In this document: in pieces, positions 32,396 to 41,591 of the stretch
How the letters are laid out: every line of letters starts with the position of its first letter
Numbering within the stretch: the stretch's first letter is position 1
Source of the DNA: an uncultured delta proteobacterium
GTDB taxonomy: Bacteria > Desulfobacterota > Binatia > UBA9968
Assembly (NCBI GenBank): GCA_963804165.1
Contig: CAWDPO010000009.1
Location: 93,682-157,681, forward strand
Length of the DNA stretch: 64,000 bases
Direction of reading: 5' to 3'
Notes under the pieces: generated by a model
Database searches by the model: none
Told to the model about the DNA's origin: nothing
The model's input: only the letters and a program-made list of their open reading frames with translations
Program-made: the position numbers and the translations under genes

Positions 32396-34003
32396 ATGGA
32401 CAAAAAACCCAACTTTCTCTTCATTATCACCGATCAACACCGGGCCGACCACCTTGGCTGCTACGGGAATGCAATAGTTCGCACGCCGAACATCGATCGC
32501 CTCGCCTTCAACGGCGCGCGTTTCGACAATTTTTACGTCGCCACGCCGATCTGCATGCCAAACCGCGCGACTTTGATGACCGGGCGCATGCCGTCGCTGC
32601 ACGGCGCGCGGCAAAACGGCATTCCACTCTCGCTCACGGCGACGACCTTCGTCGATATTCTGCGCGCCGCGGGTTATTCCACCGCGCTCATCGGCAAATG
32701 TCATCTGCAAAGCATCAATGGCAACCTTCCGGTCGTGGGTATGCCCGAAACCGACCCGCATCGAACTCCACCGCCGGCGGATCTTCGTGAAGCCGACAAC
32801 ACGTTGACGAAACACGGTCGTTACGATCAGGAACTCCCTTCCACCTGGGCGCGTGAACCGCACTTCGAGCCGTCTCTTCCCTACTACGGCTTTGACCATG
32901 TGGAACTCGCCATCGGCCACGGCGACAAAACCGTCGGTCACTATGCGCGATGGCTCAAGGCGCGCCATGCGAATCCTGACGCGCTCCGCGGGGCGGAAAA
33001 TCAGCTGCCGGGCAATCGTTATATCGCCCCGCAGGCCTGGCGCACGAGATTGCCCGAGGCGTTCTATCCGACCGCATACGTCGCTGAACGCACTATGATG
33101 TATCTGGAAAATTACGCCCGCACCGACCGCAGCAGACCGTTTTTTCTTCAATGTTCGTTCCCCGATCCGCACCATCCGTTTACACCGCCGGGACGCTACT
33201 GGGATATGTACGATCCCGATTCGATCGAGCTGCCGGCGTCGTTCAATTCGGACGAGAGGCCGCTACCCCCTCACCTGCGAAATCTCTACGACGAGCGCGC
33301 GCAAAACATGGCGAATAGAGACGGACAGCGCGTTTTCGCCGTCACCGAACGCGAAGCGCGCGAAGCGATCGCGCTGACCTACGGCATGATCTCGATGGTC
33401 GACGACGCCATCGGCAGTATTTTGGGTTGGCTAAGATCGCTCCGCATCGATGAAGACACGGTGATCGTGTTCACCAGCGATCACGGTGACTTTATGGGCG
33501 ACCACCAATTGCTCCTCAAGGGCGCGTTGCATTACCGCGGCCTCGTGCGCGTGCCCTTTGTTTGGCGTGATTTAGAGACCAATGGCCACGGAGTCGTTAA
33601 CTCCGGTCTCTGCGGCACCCTTGACATTGCCAGCACGATCCTCGCCCGCGCCGGACTGCAAGGGCACAACGGCATGCAGGGAGTCAGTCTTTTGCCGGCG
33701 ACACGCGGCGAGAAAACCGGCCATGACTCTCTCGTTATCGAGGAGCACCAACGGCGCGGTTACATGGGGCTGAAGAATAATTTCCGCGCCCGCAGCCTGA
33801 TGACCCAAGGCGCTCGATTGACGCTTTACGAAGGCGTCGAATGGGGCGAGCTTTACGACTTCGACAACGACCCCTATGAGTTGAACAACCTATGGGAGGA
33901 TCCGCGTTCGCGTGAAAGACGCCATCAGCTAACGGAAGAATTGGCGCGCAAAATGATAGCGCTCGCCGATTCGAGTCCGGTGGCGACCCACCACGGGCCT
34001 TAA
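32396..34003 (+). CDS. Sulfatase (Cys-type formylglycine-dependent)
   Basis: KPNFLFI.TDQ, CMPNR..LMTG, GK.H, DPHHP, SDHG. Confidence 0.92.
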   Translation: MDKKPNFLFIITDQHRADHLGCYGNAIVRTPNIDRLAFNGARFDNFYVATPICMPNRATLMTGRMPSLHGARQNGIPLSLTATTFVDILRAAGYSTALIGKCHLQSINGNLPVVGMPETDPHRTPPPADLREADNTLTKHGRYDQELPSTWAREPHFEPSLPYYGFDHVELAIGHGDKTVGHYARWLKARHANPDALRGAENQLPGNRYIAPQAWRTRLPEAFYPTAYVAERTMMYLENYARTDRSRPFFLQCSFPDPHHPFTPPGRYWDMYDPDSIELPASFNSDERPLPPHLRNLYDERAQNMANRDGQRVFAVTEREAREAIALTYGMISMVDDAIGSILGWLRSLRIDEDTVIVFTSDHGDFMGDHQLLLKGALHYRGLVRVPFVWRDLETNGHGVVNSGLCGTLDIASTILARAGLQGHNGMQGVSLLPATRGEKTGHDSLVIEEHQRRGYMGLKNNFRARSLMTQGARLTLYEGVEWGELYDFDNDPYELNNLWEDPRSRERRHQLTEELARKMIALADSSPVATHHGP

Positions 34004-34013
34004 ACGGAAGAAC

Positions 34014-34120
34014 ACGTTCCAATCGTTATCCGCTGCCGACCCTCCGCAGCAAAGGCATCACCTCTGAGAAACGCTTTGAACATCTTGAACGACTTGAACG
34101 GAGCGAAGCGATGGAACGAG
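34014..34120. repeat. TTGAAC-type short repeats between convergent genes
   Basis: CTTTGAACATCTTGAACGACTTGAACGGAGCGAAGCGATGGAACG. Confidence 0.6.
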
Positions 34121-34126
34121 TTTAAT

Positions 34127-34945
34127 TTAAGATTTAATGCCTGACGCGATTAGCGCCGGCATCGGCAACTCGACAAAATCGCCTTTCGTATAACCTTGCA
34201 ATTCGGCGCGCATCGCGCCGCGGATTTTGTTCAACACGGTAGGTTTTTGCGCGCGCAGCAATCCAGCAGTGCGCACCGTGCTGTCCTTCATTGCGTCGAA
34301 TAGCCCATCGCCCGCCGGCAAGCGCCACGTTTGCCTGACTTTGCTCACGTCCGGCGACTCGAACCCCGCGGCGATCAAACCTCGCGTGCACTCGTCAGGG
34401 TCACTGTAGCGAAAAAACGGTGGCCCTTCCGGCAGTTCGACATGTGGCTCGCCGTGTAATTCCACGGCGCGCAGCACGATACCGAAACCGACGGTCTCCT
34501 TCGGGTTACACCAAACTGAAAAAGCAAAATGCCCCGACGGACGGAGTACTCGATACGCTTCGACCAGCGCCCTTTCCGGATGAGCGAGATGAAGTATGCC
34601 GAAGTTCATTGCCGCCGCGTCGAACAGTCCATTGCCCACGGGCAATTGCGCCGCGTCGCCTTCGCGAAAATCGATGCCGGGATGTAGCCGGCGCGCGTGT
34701 TCAATCATGGAACTGGAAAAATCGACGCCAAGCACGACGGCGCCGCGCTCTGCGGCCGCCGCCGATACATAACCCGGACCGCTGGCGATATCGAGAAACT
34801 TAACGCCGCGCTTCACCCGCGCCGCATCCAAGAGCGGGCCGACAGCTTGAGTCGTCAGATTGCCGAAAGCTTGATGGTATTGGTCGGGGATAGTTTCCCA
34901 ACCGGCATGTTCGAAAGCACGAAATCTTTCGGGTTCCATGATCAT
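34127..34945 (-). CDS. Class I SAM-dependent methyltransferase
   Basis: F.AFEHAGW, LDIASGPG, GVDFS, GDA..LP. Confidence 0.9.
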   Translation of the reverse strand: MIMEPERFRAFEHAGWETIPDQYHQAFGNLTTQAVGPLLDAARVKRGVKFLDIASGPGYVSAAAAERGAVVLGVDFSSSMIEHARRLHPGIDFREGDAAQLPVGNGLFDAAAMNFGILHLAHPERALVEAYRVLRPSGHFAFSVWCNPKETVGFGIVLRAVELHGEPHVELPEGPPFFRYSDPDECTRGLIAAGFESPDVSKVRQTWRLPAGDGLFDAMKDSTVRTAGLLRAQKPTVLNKIRGAMRAELQGYTKGDFVELPMPALIASGIKS

Positions 34946-35081
34946 AGTCCAGCTAGAATTGCATAGGTCACCGCTGCTGTCTACTTGGGCGGACGCTCGG
35001 GCAGCCTCAATCGATGACGGCTATCAGCACGCTTGACCGAAACATAAGATTTCTTTACTGTCGGTCGCGCGGAGGACAGGT

Positions 35082-36074
35082 ATGAAGAAGAAATTCGAAT
35101 TTTTTTCTGCAGCTCTGATCTGGCAGATCTGTGTCGTTATTGCGCTCCACGCGGCCCAGCCTTTGACCAAGGTCGTGATGACCAGCGGTTCGTTCAGCGA
35201 GCGCGAAGCGGCCATGTACGTGGCCCAAGACCACGGTTTCTTCCGCCGCTACGGCTTGGACCTGACTTTTATTACGGTGCGCAGTGGCCCGGTCGGCATG
35301 GCTGCACTCGCTTCAGGCGAGTCGCAATTTCATTCCGGCTCGGCCACGGGGGCGACGCTGGGATCGGCCGCCGAAGGCATGGATCTCGTCTATGTCGCCG
35401 GCATCATCAACAAACTCATCGGTAACATTATGGCCTCGCCGAAAATCAAAACTCCAGGCGAGTTAAAAGGAAAAGTCATCGCCGTGACCAGCGCCAGCGG
35501 CGGCAGTTGGATGTTCACCACCTTGGCGCTCGAATACTGGGGACTCGACGCCAAGCGCGACGGCATCACTTTTAGAATCTTGGGCGACGAGTCGGTGCGC
35601 AGCCAGGCGCTGCTCAACGAAACTGTCGCCGCCACCCACCTGGGCTACACCTTCTCGGCACCGCTGATCAGCAAGGGCTTTACCAATCTCGGCGATCTGA
35701 CCAAGCTGCCGATCCCGTTTCAGAGCACGGGGATTTTGACCACGCGGCGATTCATGACCAGCAACCCGGAAGTCGTCGAAAACGTGCTGCGCGGACTCAT
35801 CGATTCGCTCAACTTCGTCGCGCAACCGGAAAATAAACCTGCCGTGCTCAAAAGTTTGATGAGGGGCTTGCGCCTGAAAAGTATCGAGCAAGCCACCGAA
35901 GGCTATGACACGCTGGCGCATATCTACGACCGCAAGATCTACCCGCGTGTCGACGGCGTCCGCAACGTTATCCGTTTGCTCGGCCAGACGAACGAAAAAA
36001 TCCGCAAGCTGAAAGCGGAAGATTTGGTCGACGACCGTTTTGTGAAAAAGCTGGAGAAGGAAGGAAAATTCTAA
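35082..36074 (+). CDS. NitT/TauT-type substrate-binding protein
   Basis: Signal peptide, GFFRRYGLD, LKGK.IAV, DLVDDRFV..LEKEG. Confidence 0.87.
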   Translation: MKKKFEFFSAALIWQICVVIALHAAQPLTKVVMTSGSFSEREAAMYVAQDHGFFRRYGLDLTFITVRSGPVGMAALASGESQFHSGSATGATLGSAAEGMDLVYVAGIINKLIGNIMASPKIKTPGELKGKVIAVTSASGGSWMFTTLALEYWGLDAKRDGITFRILGDESVRSQALLNETVAATHLGYTFSAPLISKGFTNLGDLTKLPIPFQSTGILTTRRFMTSNPEVVENVLRGLIDSLNFVAQPENKPAVLKSLMRGLRLKSIEQATEGYDTLAHIYDRKIYPRVDGVRNVIRLLGQTNEKIRKLKAEDLVDDRFVKKLEKEGKF

Positions 36075-36084
36075 AATCGCTCTT

Positions 36085-36151
36085 ATCTCCTCTACCTCTG
36101 GGAGAGGACCAAGGTGAGGGGCAGCATACGCTAAATCGCCCTCATCCTAAC
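36085..36151. repeat. REP-like palindrome (CTCC...GGGAGAGG..AGGTGAGGG...CCCTCATCCT)
   Basis: Inverted repeat between convergent genes; similar to the element at 48455-48535. Confidence 0.55.
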
Positions 36152-36172
36152 AAGAGAAGAAATCGGAGAGAA

Positions 36173-36898
36173 TCACGGCATTTCTTCCAGCAGTTTACCA
36201 AATCCTTTGACCTTCTGGCGGATGTGCAAACGATTCTGCACCGACCAGACGCGTGCCGGCACAGCATGCACAACCGGCACCTGCAAATCTTCTTCAAGCA
36301 GATGAATGATATCCAAGCAGCGCCAGCCGGTGCCGAGCATATAGATGCCGTCGGCATCGGGATGTTTGAGAAAAGCTTGGCGGGTGTGCGCGTAGATTTC
36401 CGTCGAGGCTAAGCGGCCCACATCTGCGAAATCGACTTTCATGCCTTCCATGGCCAGCACTTCAAATCCGGCTTCTTGGAAGTAGCGCGTGAACATGTCG
36501 TTGATGCTGCCGACAAAGTAGGTCACGCCGACGAACTTCTTCACACCAAGGGCACGCAGGGCTTCGACCTGCGTCTGCGCCGCGGTGACCATGGGAATTT
36601 TAAACTCCGCTTCCCATTCCTTGACGATCTTCTCCTCGCCCTTAAAGCCGTGCACCATGAACGGCGGCGCGCCTTCGGGATGAATCAAATCGACGCCTTC
36701 CTTCGCCAACTCCGCGACCTTTTCATGAACCGCGTTGAGCGCGGCGCGAAATTCGTCTTCGGTGCCGCGCTGGAAATTTAGGTAGACGGGAATGACACCG
36801 ATGCCTTCGGGCAAAAGGCGAATAAATTCTTCCAGAGATCCCGGCCGATGCGTCGGCTTAACCACTCCGACTACGCCGCGCCAACTTGTAAAGACCAT
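36173..36898 (-). CDS. Maleate isomerase/arylmalonate decarboxylase (Asp/Glu racemase superfamily) homolog
   Basis: G.VG.V.P, ALRALG.KK, YF..AGFEV, DADGIY, LE.DL..PVV. Confidence 0.78.
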   Translation of the reverse strand: MVFTSWRGVVGVVKPTHRPGSLEEFIRLLPEGIGVIPVYLNFQRGTEDEFRAALNAVHEKVAELAKEGVDLIHPEGAPPFMVHGFKGEEKIVKEWEAEFKIPMVTAAQTQVEALRALGVKKFVGVTYFVGSINDMFTRYFQEAGFEVLAMEGMKVDFADVGRLASTEIYAHTRQAFLKHPDADGIYMLGTGWRCLDIIHLLEEDLQVPVVHAVPARVWSVQNRLHIRQKVKGFGKLLEEMP

Positions 36899-36901
36899 TA
36901 A

Positions 36902-37002
36902 GTCGTTCCAATCGTTTCAAGGGTTCCAGTCGTTCCATTCGTTTCAGAGAATTCGAATCCAACCACTGGAACTTCTGAAACCATTGGAACGACTGGAACC
37001 GT
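36902..37002. repeat. Inverted 9-nt tandem array (GTCGTTCCA / TGGAACGAC)
   Basis: Five forward and four reverse units filling the intergenic gap. Confidence 0.8.
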
Positions 37003-37007
37003 CTTTG

Positions 37008-38477
37008 TCATTTAAAAATCTGCGGAAACTTTGCCTTTAGCTGAGCGCGCACGTTCTCCGGCACCTCGACCACTTTGGCGAATTCACCGCGCAGTTTTTT
37101 GTTATAGGGAATACAGGCATCGATTAAAATGCGATTGTTGAAGTTGCCCGGCAGAAACATCGGGTCGCGTCCCGACGACCACGCCTTCTGCACGAGATCG
37201 ATGTCGGTTACTGGATCAAAGCGCGTGCCCATCGCCCACAGCACCTGATCGATGTCAGAGCAATCTACGTCGTCGTCAACGACGACCGTCCATTTACCGT
37301 TATACGCGCCGGCCATGCAGTTGGATGCGACGTGCAGCACGTTGCGCGCGTGGCCGGGATAGCGCTGGCGGATTTGGATCGCGGTGAAGCGCGTCGCCGG
37401 CGCGCCTTCGTGATTCCATACGCCAAGAATGTCCGGTAGCCCGCAAGCTTCCAGCGCGTTCCATATTTCCGCAGCGCCGGCGATGCCTTTGAGCAAACCA
37501 GTTTCGTCCACAGGTTTGTGCTGCGGCGCGCAGGTAAGAATCGGGTCGTTGCGGTACATGACTGTTTTCACGTTCAAGTAGGGCCGCGGCACGACATCGT
37601 CGGAGTAGTAACCCATCCACTCCCCAAACGGTCCTTCCGGCTTCGATTGCCCCGGAACCGCTTCGCCTTCGATGACGATCTCGGCGTCGGCGGGTATCGG
37701 AAAGCCGGTGAACGGGCCTTTCACGACTTCCACCGGTTCGCCGCGGATGCCGCCGGCGAAGTCGTACTCGGAAACTCCGGACGGCAGCGGGCTCGCGGAG
37801 AGCAAGTAGAGCAGCGGATCCTGGCCGCAAACGATGGCAAATTTGCAGCTCTGTCCGCGCTCGAAATATTTGTCGCGATGAATTCTGCCGTGTTTGCCTT
37901 CGGTGATCTGACAACCAATGGTTTTTTCGTCGTACACTTCGCAACGATAGGCACCAAAATTATACCACTCGGCGTCGGGGTCTTTGGTGATGCACATATC
38001 GGCGGTACCGATGTAGCGGTGGGTGTCGAGCTGATGATGGATCGGCACCGGCAGCTTCAGCACGTCGACTTTGTCGCCTTCCAAGACGTTTTCGAAGATC
38101 GGCCCGCTCTTGACCATCTTCGGTTTGATGAGCTTCATGTCGGTCATGACGTGATGGTAAGCCTTGACGATATCGGCTTTACGCTCGTATTCGAGGGGCA
38201 AACCGAGCGTGAGCGCGACCCGCTTAATCGTCGAGAACTGGCCGTAAAGCGTGCGGTAGCCTTTGGCATATCCGGGAACTTCGTCAAACAGAATCGCCGG
38301 TGCTTTGCCCTTGCCGCCTTCGGTGAGCATCTGGGTGACCGCGCCCATTTCCCGGTCCCAGTGCGCACCGCTGACTTTGAGCAGCTCGCCCAACTTCTCG
38401 ACTTGATCGATCCAATCGCGCAAGCCGCGGTACGTGACCGTGCTCTCAGAAGTCCCAACTCGCTCTGGACGCGCCAT
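37008..38477 (-). CDS. UbiD family decarboxylase
   Basis: PAILFD.VPGY, RYIGT, GAYR, EGPFGEW.GYY, VDDD.D.....VLWAM.TR. Confidence 0.93.
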   Translation of the reverse strand: MARPERVGTSESTVTYRGLRDWIDQVEKLGELLKVSGAHWDREMGAVTQMLTEGGKGKAPAILFDEVPGYAKGYRTLYGQFSTIKRVALTLGLPLEYERKADIVKAYHHVMTDMKLIKPKMVKSGPIFENVLEGDKVDVLKLPVPIHHQLDTHRYIGTADMCITKDPDAEWYNFGAYRCEVYDEKTIGCQITEGKHGRIHRDKYFERGQSCKFAIVCGQDPLLYLLSASPLPSGVSEYDFAGGIRGEPVEVVKGPFTGFPIPADAEIVIEGEAVPGQSKPEGPFGEWMGYYSDDVVPRPYLNVKTVMYRNDPILTCAPQHKPVDETGLLKGIAGAAEIWNALEACGLPDILGVWNHEGAPATRFTAIQIRQRYPGHARNVLHVASNCMAGAYNGKWTVVVDDDVDCSDIDQVLWAMGTRFDPVTDIDLVQKAWSSGRDPMFLPGNFNNRILIDACIPYNKKLRGEFAKVVEVPENVRAQLKAKFPQIFK

Positions 38478-38663
38478 GAATTCCTCCGTAAAACCAGCAA
38501 ACCTTAACGATGCATCACCTTACGTTTCGTGCCTTTTCTTGTCAACAAAGTTGGCCGTCCAGGACTTGTTCGCAACCGATTGGAGTGCTATGAACGCCCA
38601 TCGATCAGGCCCAAGGTCGGAAAGGCAACAACGAGGATTGCCCGCAGGGGAAGCGACCCAACT

Positions 38664-39155
38664 ATGGAAAACTCAAAATCGTACCCACAGCAGCTCCGCT
38701 CCATCGGCCAATCACTCGAGGCGCAGCGAATCCAGATTTTCGAGCTGACCTGGCAGGATGACCAATTTGTCGTCAAAGGTGAACCCGAAAAAGAAGCTTC
38801 CATGCTGGCGGCGTTGCGCCAGTGGCAGCAGCGGCGGCGACGCAGCGGGCTTAATGCGTCATTGACATTCACGAGCCAAGATATCGACCAGCTCGACCGC
38901 CAGGGACGCTCCCAACGCGCGCAGGCGAATCGCCTGCCCGATTTTTATCGCTTACCCAATACGCTGCGCACGGTTGGATACTACCTGGAACTGAAAGGCG
39001 CCGAGTTATTGGAGATGCAAAAGAGACAGCTCAGCTTGACGCTACTGTCACGCAACAAAGACGGTCACCCCGAGATAGAAGAGCGCAGCATCGCATCGTT
39101 TTACAATCTTTTCCTGCGGCTTCACGATAAACGCGGTAAGCCTCAAACCCGATGA
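38664..39155 (+). CDS. Hypothetical protein
   Basis: 163-codon ORF with host-like codon usage; internal repeat LRSIGQSLE / LRTVGYYLE. Confidence 0.65.
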   Translation: MENSKSYPQQLRSIGQSLEAQRIQIFELTWQDDQFVVKGEPEKEASMLAALRQWQQRRRRSGLNASLTFTSQDIDQLDRQGRSQRAQANRLPDFYRLPNTLRTVGYYLELKGAELLEMQKRQLSLTLLSRNKDGHPEIEERSIASFYNLFLRLHDKRGKPQTR

Positions 39156-39259
39156 ATCAACCCTCGCCTTACCGACCCCACGATTAACCGTAACTCGAGC
39201 CACCGGACCAACGAGTATAATTCCTATTCGTGTTTTCGAGATTGATGACGAGAAGCGAA

Positions 39260-39292
39260 AACGCCGCTAACGAGTGACTCGCTAGCGGCGTT
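39260..39292 (-). terminator. Probable intrinsic terminator hairpin
   Basis: AACGCCGCTAACGAG-TGA-CTCGCTAGCGGCGTT with adjacent short A-run, just downstream of the VOC gene. Confidence 0.6.
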
Positions 39293-39319
39293 CCAATTGT
39301 CTTGAAATTGATCCGTTGT

Positions 39320-40150
39320 TTACGAAGTAATTTCCCACCAATTCTTGCTGATATCGCTGAGCAAAAAGTGCGCGCGCCCATTGGTCTCTAGATCGCGGAG
39401 TTCCGTTATGCCGAGTTCCTTGCCCTTGGTCGAAAACTCTTTGTGGGCATCTTCAACTTCTTCAGGAGAAGCGACTTGCAGAGTAAATCGGTTTGCCTCC
39501 GAGAGATAATCTCGATGCGTCGTCGGCAACACCACGACGTACCACGGCCCCATCTTTGGCACGCTGATATAAGTCGACGTCCGCCCCCCGCCGATAATGT
39601 CTAGGCCAAGGACATTGGCGAGAAATTTATCGCTGGTCTCCTTATCATCGCAGTTGAGCGTGCCATGACTCATCGCCTGGGGAATGTAACCTCTGCCGGG
39701 AAACTCTTCTTCAGTTAATGGCGTCGTCCAGTGGGGCGCGGCGTTCTGCCGGCCATGCTTGCTTGCGCCTGGATTGTAGTACTCGATTTCGAGATCATTA
39801 CCCCCCGGTTCTTTGAAATAGATCGAATAAGCAAAATGCGCCTCGTGCGGCGTGGTTACGCTCTTGATCTTGTACTGAGCTTTGTGATCGGAGATGTACG
39901 CGTGCGCCTTGGGAATTTCTTTGGAGGTCGCGACGCGAAAACCGTAATGGTTGGTGTGCGGCTTGTTCTTGGAATCCGGCCCGCCTTGGTGAATCACTAA
40001 ACGCCACGCCGTATTTGGATGCTTGATAGTCGCCTGGTTATCGGTGCGCTCGACGACCTCGGCCGCCAACAGATCGGTAAAGATCGGCAGCGTTTCATCC
40101 AGCGAGCGGCATTCGTAGTGTCCCTCGGTCAGTCCTATCGGCTTCAACAT
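39320..40150 (-). CDS. Two-domain VOC (glyoxalase/bleomycin resistance) family protein
   Basis: L.EGHYEC..L, NHYGF.V, SIYF.EPGGN.LEIE, SHGTL. Confidence 0.8.
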   Translation of the reverse strand: MLKPIGLTEGHYECRSLDETLPIFTDLLAAEVVERTDNQATIKHPNTAWRLVIHQGGPDSKNKPHTNHYGFRVATSKEIPKAHAYISDHKAQYKIKSVTTPHEAHFAYSIYFKEPGGNDLEIEYYNPGASKHGRQNAAPHWTTPLTEEEFPGRGYIPQAMSHGTLNCDDKETSDKFLANVLGLDIIGGGRTSTYISVPKMGPWYVVVLPTTHRDYLSEANRFTLQVASPEEVEDAHKEFSTKGKELGITELRDLETNGRAHFLLSDISKNWWEITS

Positions 40151-40219
40151 GGTTCTCTCCTTGGAAAGCAAACGTTTTAGTAACCTTATAAACCATTATT
40201 AAAAAGAAGGTTACGTTTG

Positions 40220-41320
40220 TCAATTGCCGGGTTTGGCCACCGCCGGCATCCTCACCTCGGCCCCCGATTTAGCGCATTCCTGGTCGAACATCTTGCGGAT
40301 GAGAGGGTTCTCATCTTCATATTCGATCTGCCAGCCGCCGTAGGCTAACGGCACGTCGGACTGAATCTTTCCCGGCTGCAATTTATACTTGCGACTAAGA
40401 ATCTTCAGCGCCAAATAACGGGCTGGTTCGGCGCTCGAATTAAAGTGCTGGTGGAACCAACCCTCCGGCGGCACAACGATCGAGCCGGGTTTCCAATCGA
40501 CTCGCGTCATCTCTTTGCCCTCGGGCCACAGCAGCGAATAACCCTTGCCGGTGAGAATGAACACATGCGCCCCGGGGCCGTGCCGGTGCGCTTTTTTGTA
40601 AATGCCCACGGGAAAGCGCGAGACATGGGAACCCATCATACTTTCCGACATCTCGAAAAATATCGTCGCATTGCCCTTTCCTCTTTCCGTCCACGCCACC
40701 GGCTCGATATTGATCGCATCCGCGACGAAATTGGTCTCGACGACGCGGTCGCTGTACAACTTACCGCTGCCGGCGAAGTATCCGTCTTCCCCTTTGAACC
40801 GATCGGTGAACGCGTAGGGATTGTTAATGACGAAGTCTTCACAGTGAAACAAGTTGAAAACCAGCGGCGCCGTCGTGACCGCGAGCAGCCGTGCCTCTTT
40901 GTCGCCCTGGCCGTTGAAGTGCTGGTAGGAAGCATTCAGGGGAATTGCGAATAAACTGCCTGTTTGCCATTCGAAGCTCTGCTTCGCGCCGTTGATCTGC
41001 CACACGGTCGTCGCGCCGCGCCCCTCGAGCACATAATAAAGTGCTTCGTAAATATGCCGCTGTGGCTTAAGGCTTTTGCCGGGCGGTATTCCGACAACGA
41101 AAGCGTCATCGAGATAACCCGTTCCGTCCAGCATGATGTAAACACCGTTACCGCCCACCCGGTCCCATGGCTTGAGTGGAATCGTGTAAAGATCCTCGGC
41201 GAAAAAACCACGAACGACGTCGATCCCCTGCGAGCTGATCCAACGGTCGTAAGGCGTGTCCATCACCTCGACCTTGCGCTCGACTTTTTCGTAGGATGGA
41301 CGGGTCATATTTTCTACCAT
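40220..41320 (-). CDS. Bicupin protein (gentisate 1,2-dioxygenase-like)
   Basis: QRH.YE...YQHFN and AHRHGPGAH...FHQHFN cupin motifs. Confidence 0.82.
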   Translation of the reverse strand: MVENMTRPSYEKVERKVEVMDTPYDRWISSQGIDVVRGFFAEDLYTIPLKPWDRVGGNGVYIMLDGTGYLDDAFVVGIPPGKSLKPQRHIYEALYYVLEGRGATTVWQINGAKQSFEWQTGSLFAIPLNASYQHFNGQGDKEARLLAVTTAPLVFNLFHCEDFVINNPYAFTDRFKGEDGYFAGSGKLYSDRVVETNFVADAINIEPVAWTERGKGNATIFFEMSESMMGSHVSRFPVGIYKKAHRHGPGAHVFILTGKGYSLLWPEGKEMTRVDWKPGSIVVPPEGWFHQHFNSSAEPARYLALKILSRKYKLQPGKIQSDVPLAYGGWQIEYEDENPLIRKMFDQECAKSGAEVRMPAVAKPGN

Positions 41321-41591
41321 CAAAATCCTCCCCGGAAGTGTGTTGTTTCTTTACCCCAGAATCGCTCAAGCCATCAAGTACAAGCGGCCGTCCCTCGAAC
41401 AAACATGCAGAGGGGATTCCTCAGTCGTTCGGACTGACATTCGGTCAGCTCCACGTGTCATGCTGAGCGCCAGCGAAGCATCTCGCCTCTAGTCCTTTTC
41501 GCACTGCGTAAAGATTGACAAAGAGCGGTGTTCAGCCCCATATAAATCGATAGACGCATCCGAAAATAAACAGACAAACTGGAGAAATCAA

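Noticed and set aside
41515-41546. Sigma70 promoter TTGACA...TATAAA before the hydrolase
   Set aside because: The 20-nt spacer is too long for a confident call.
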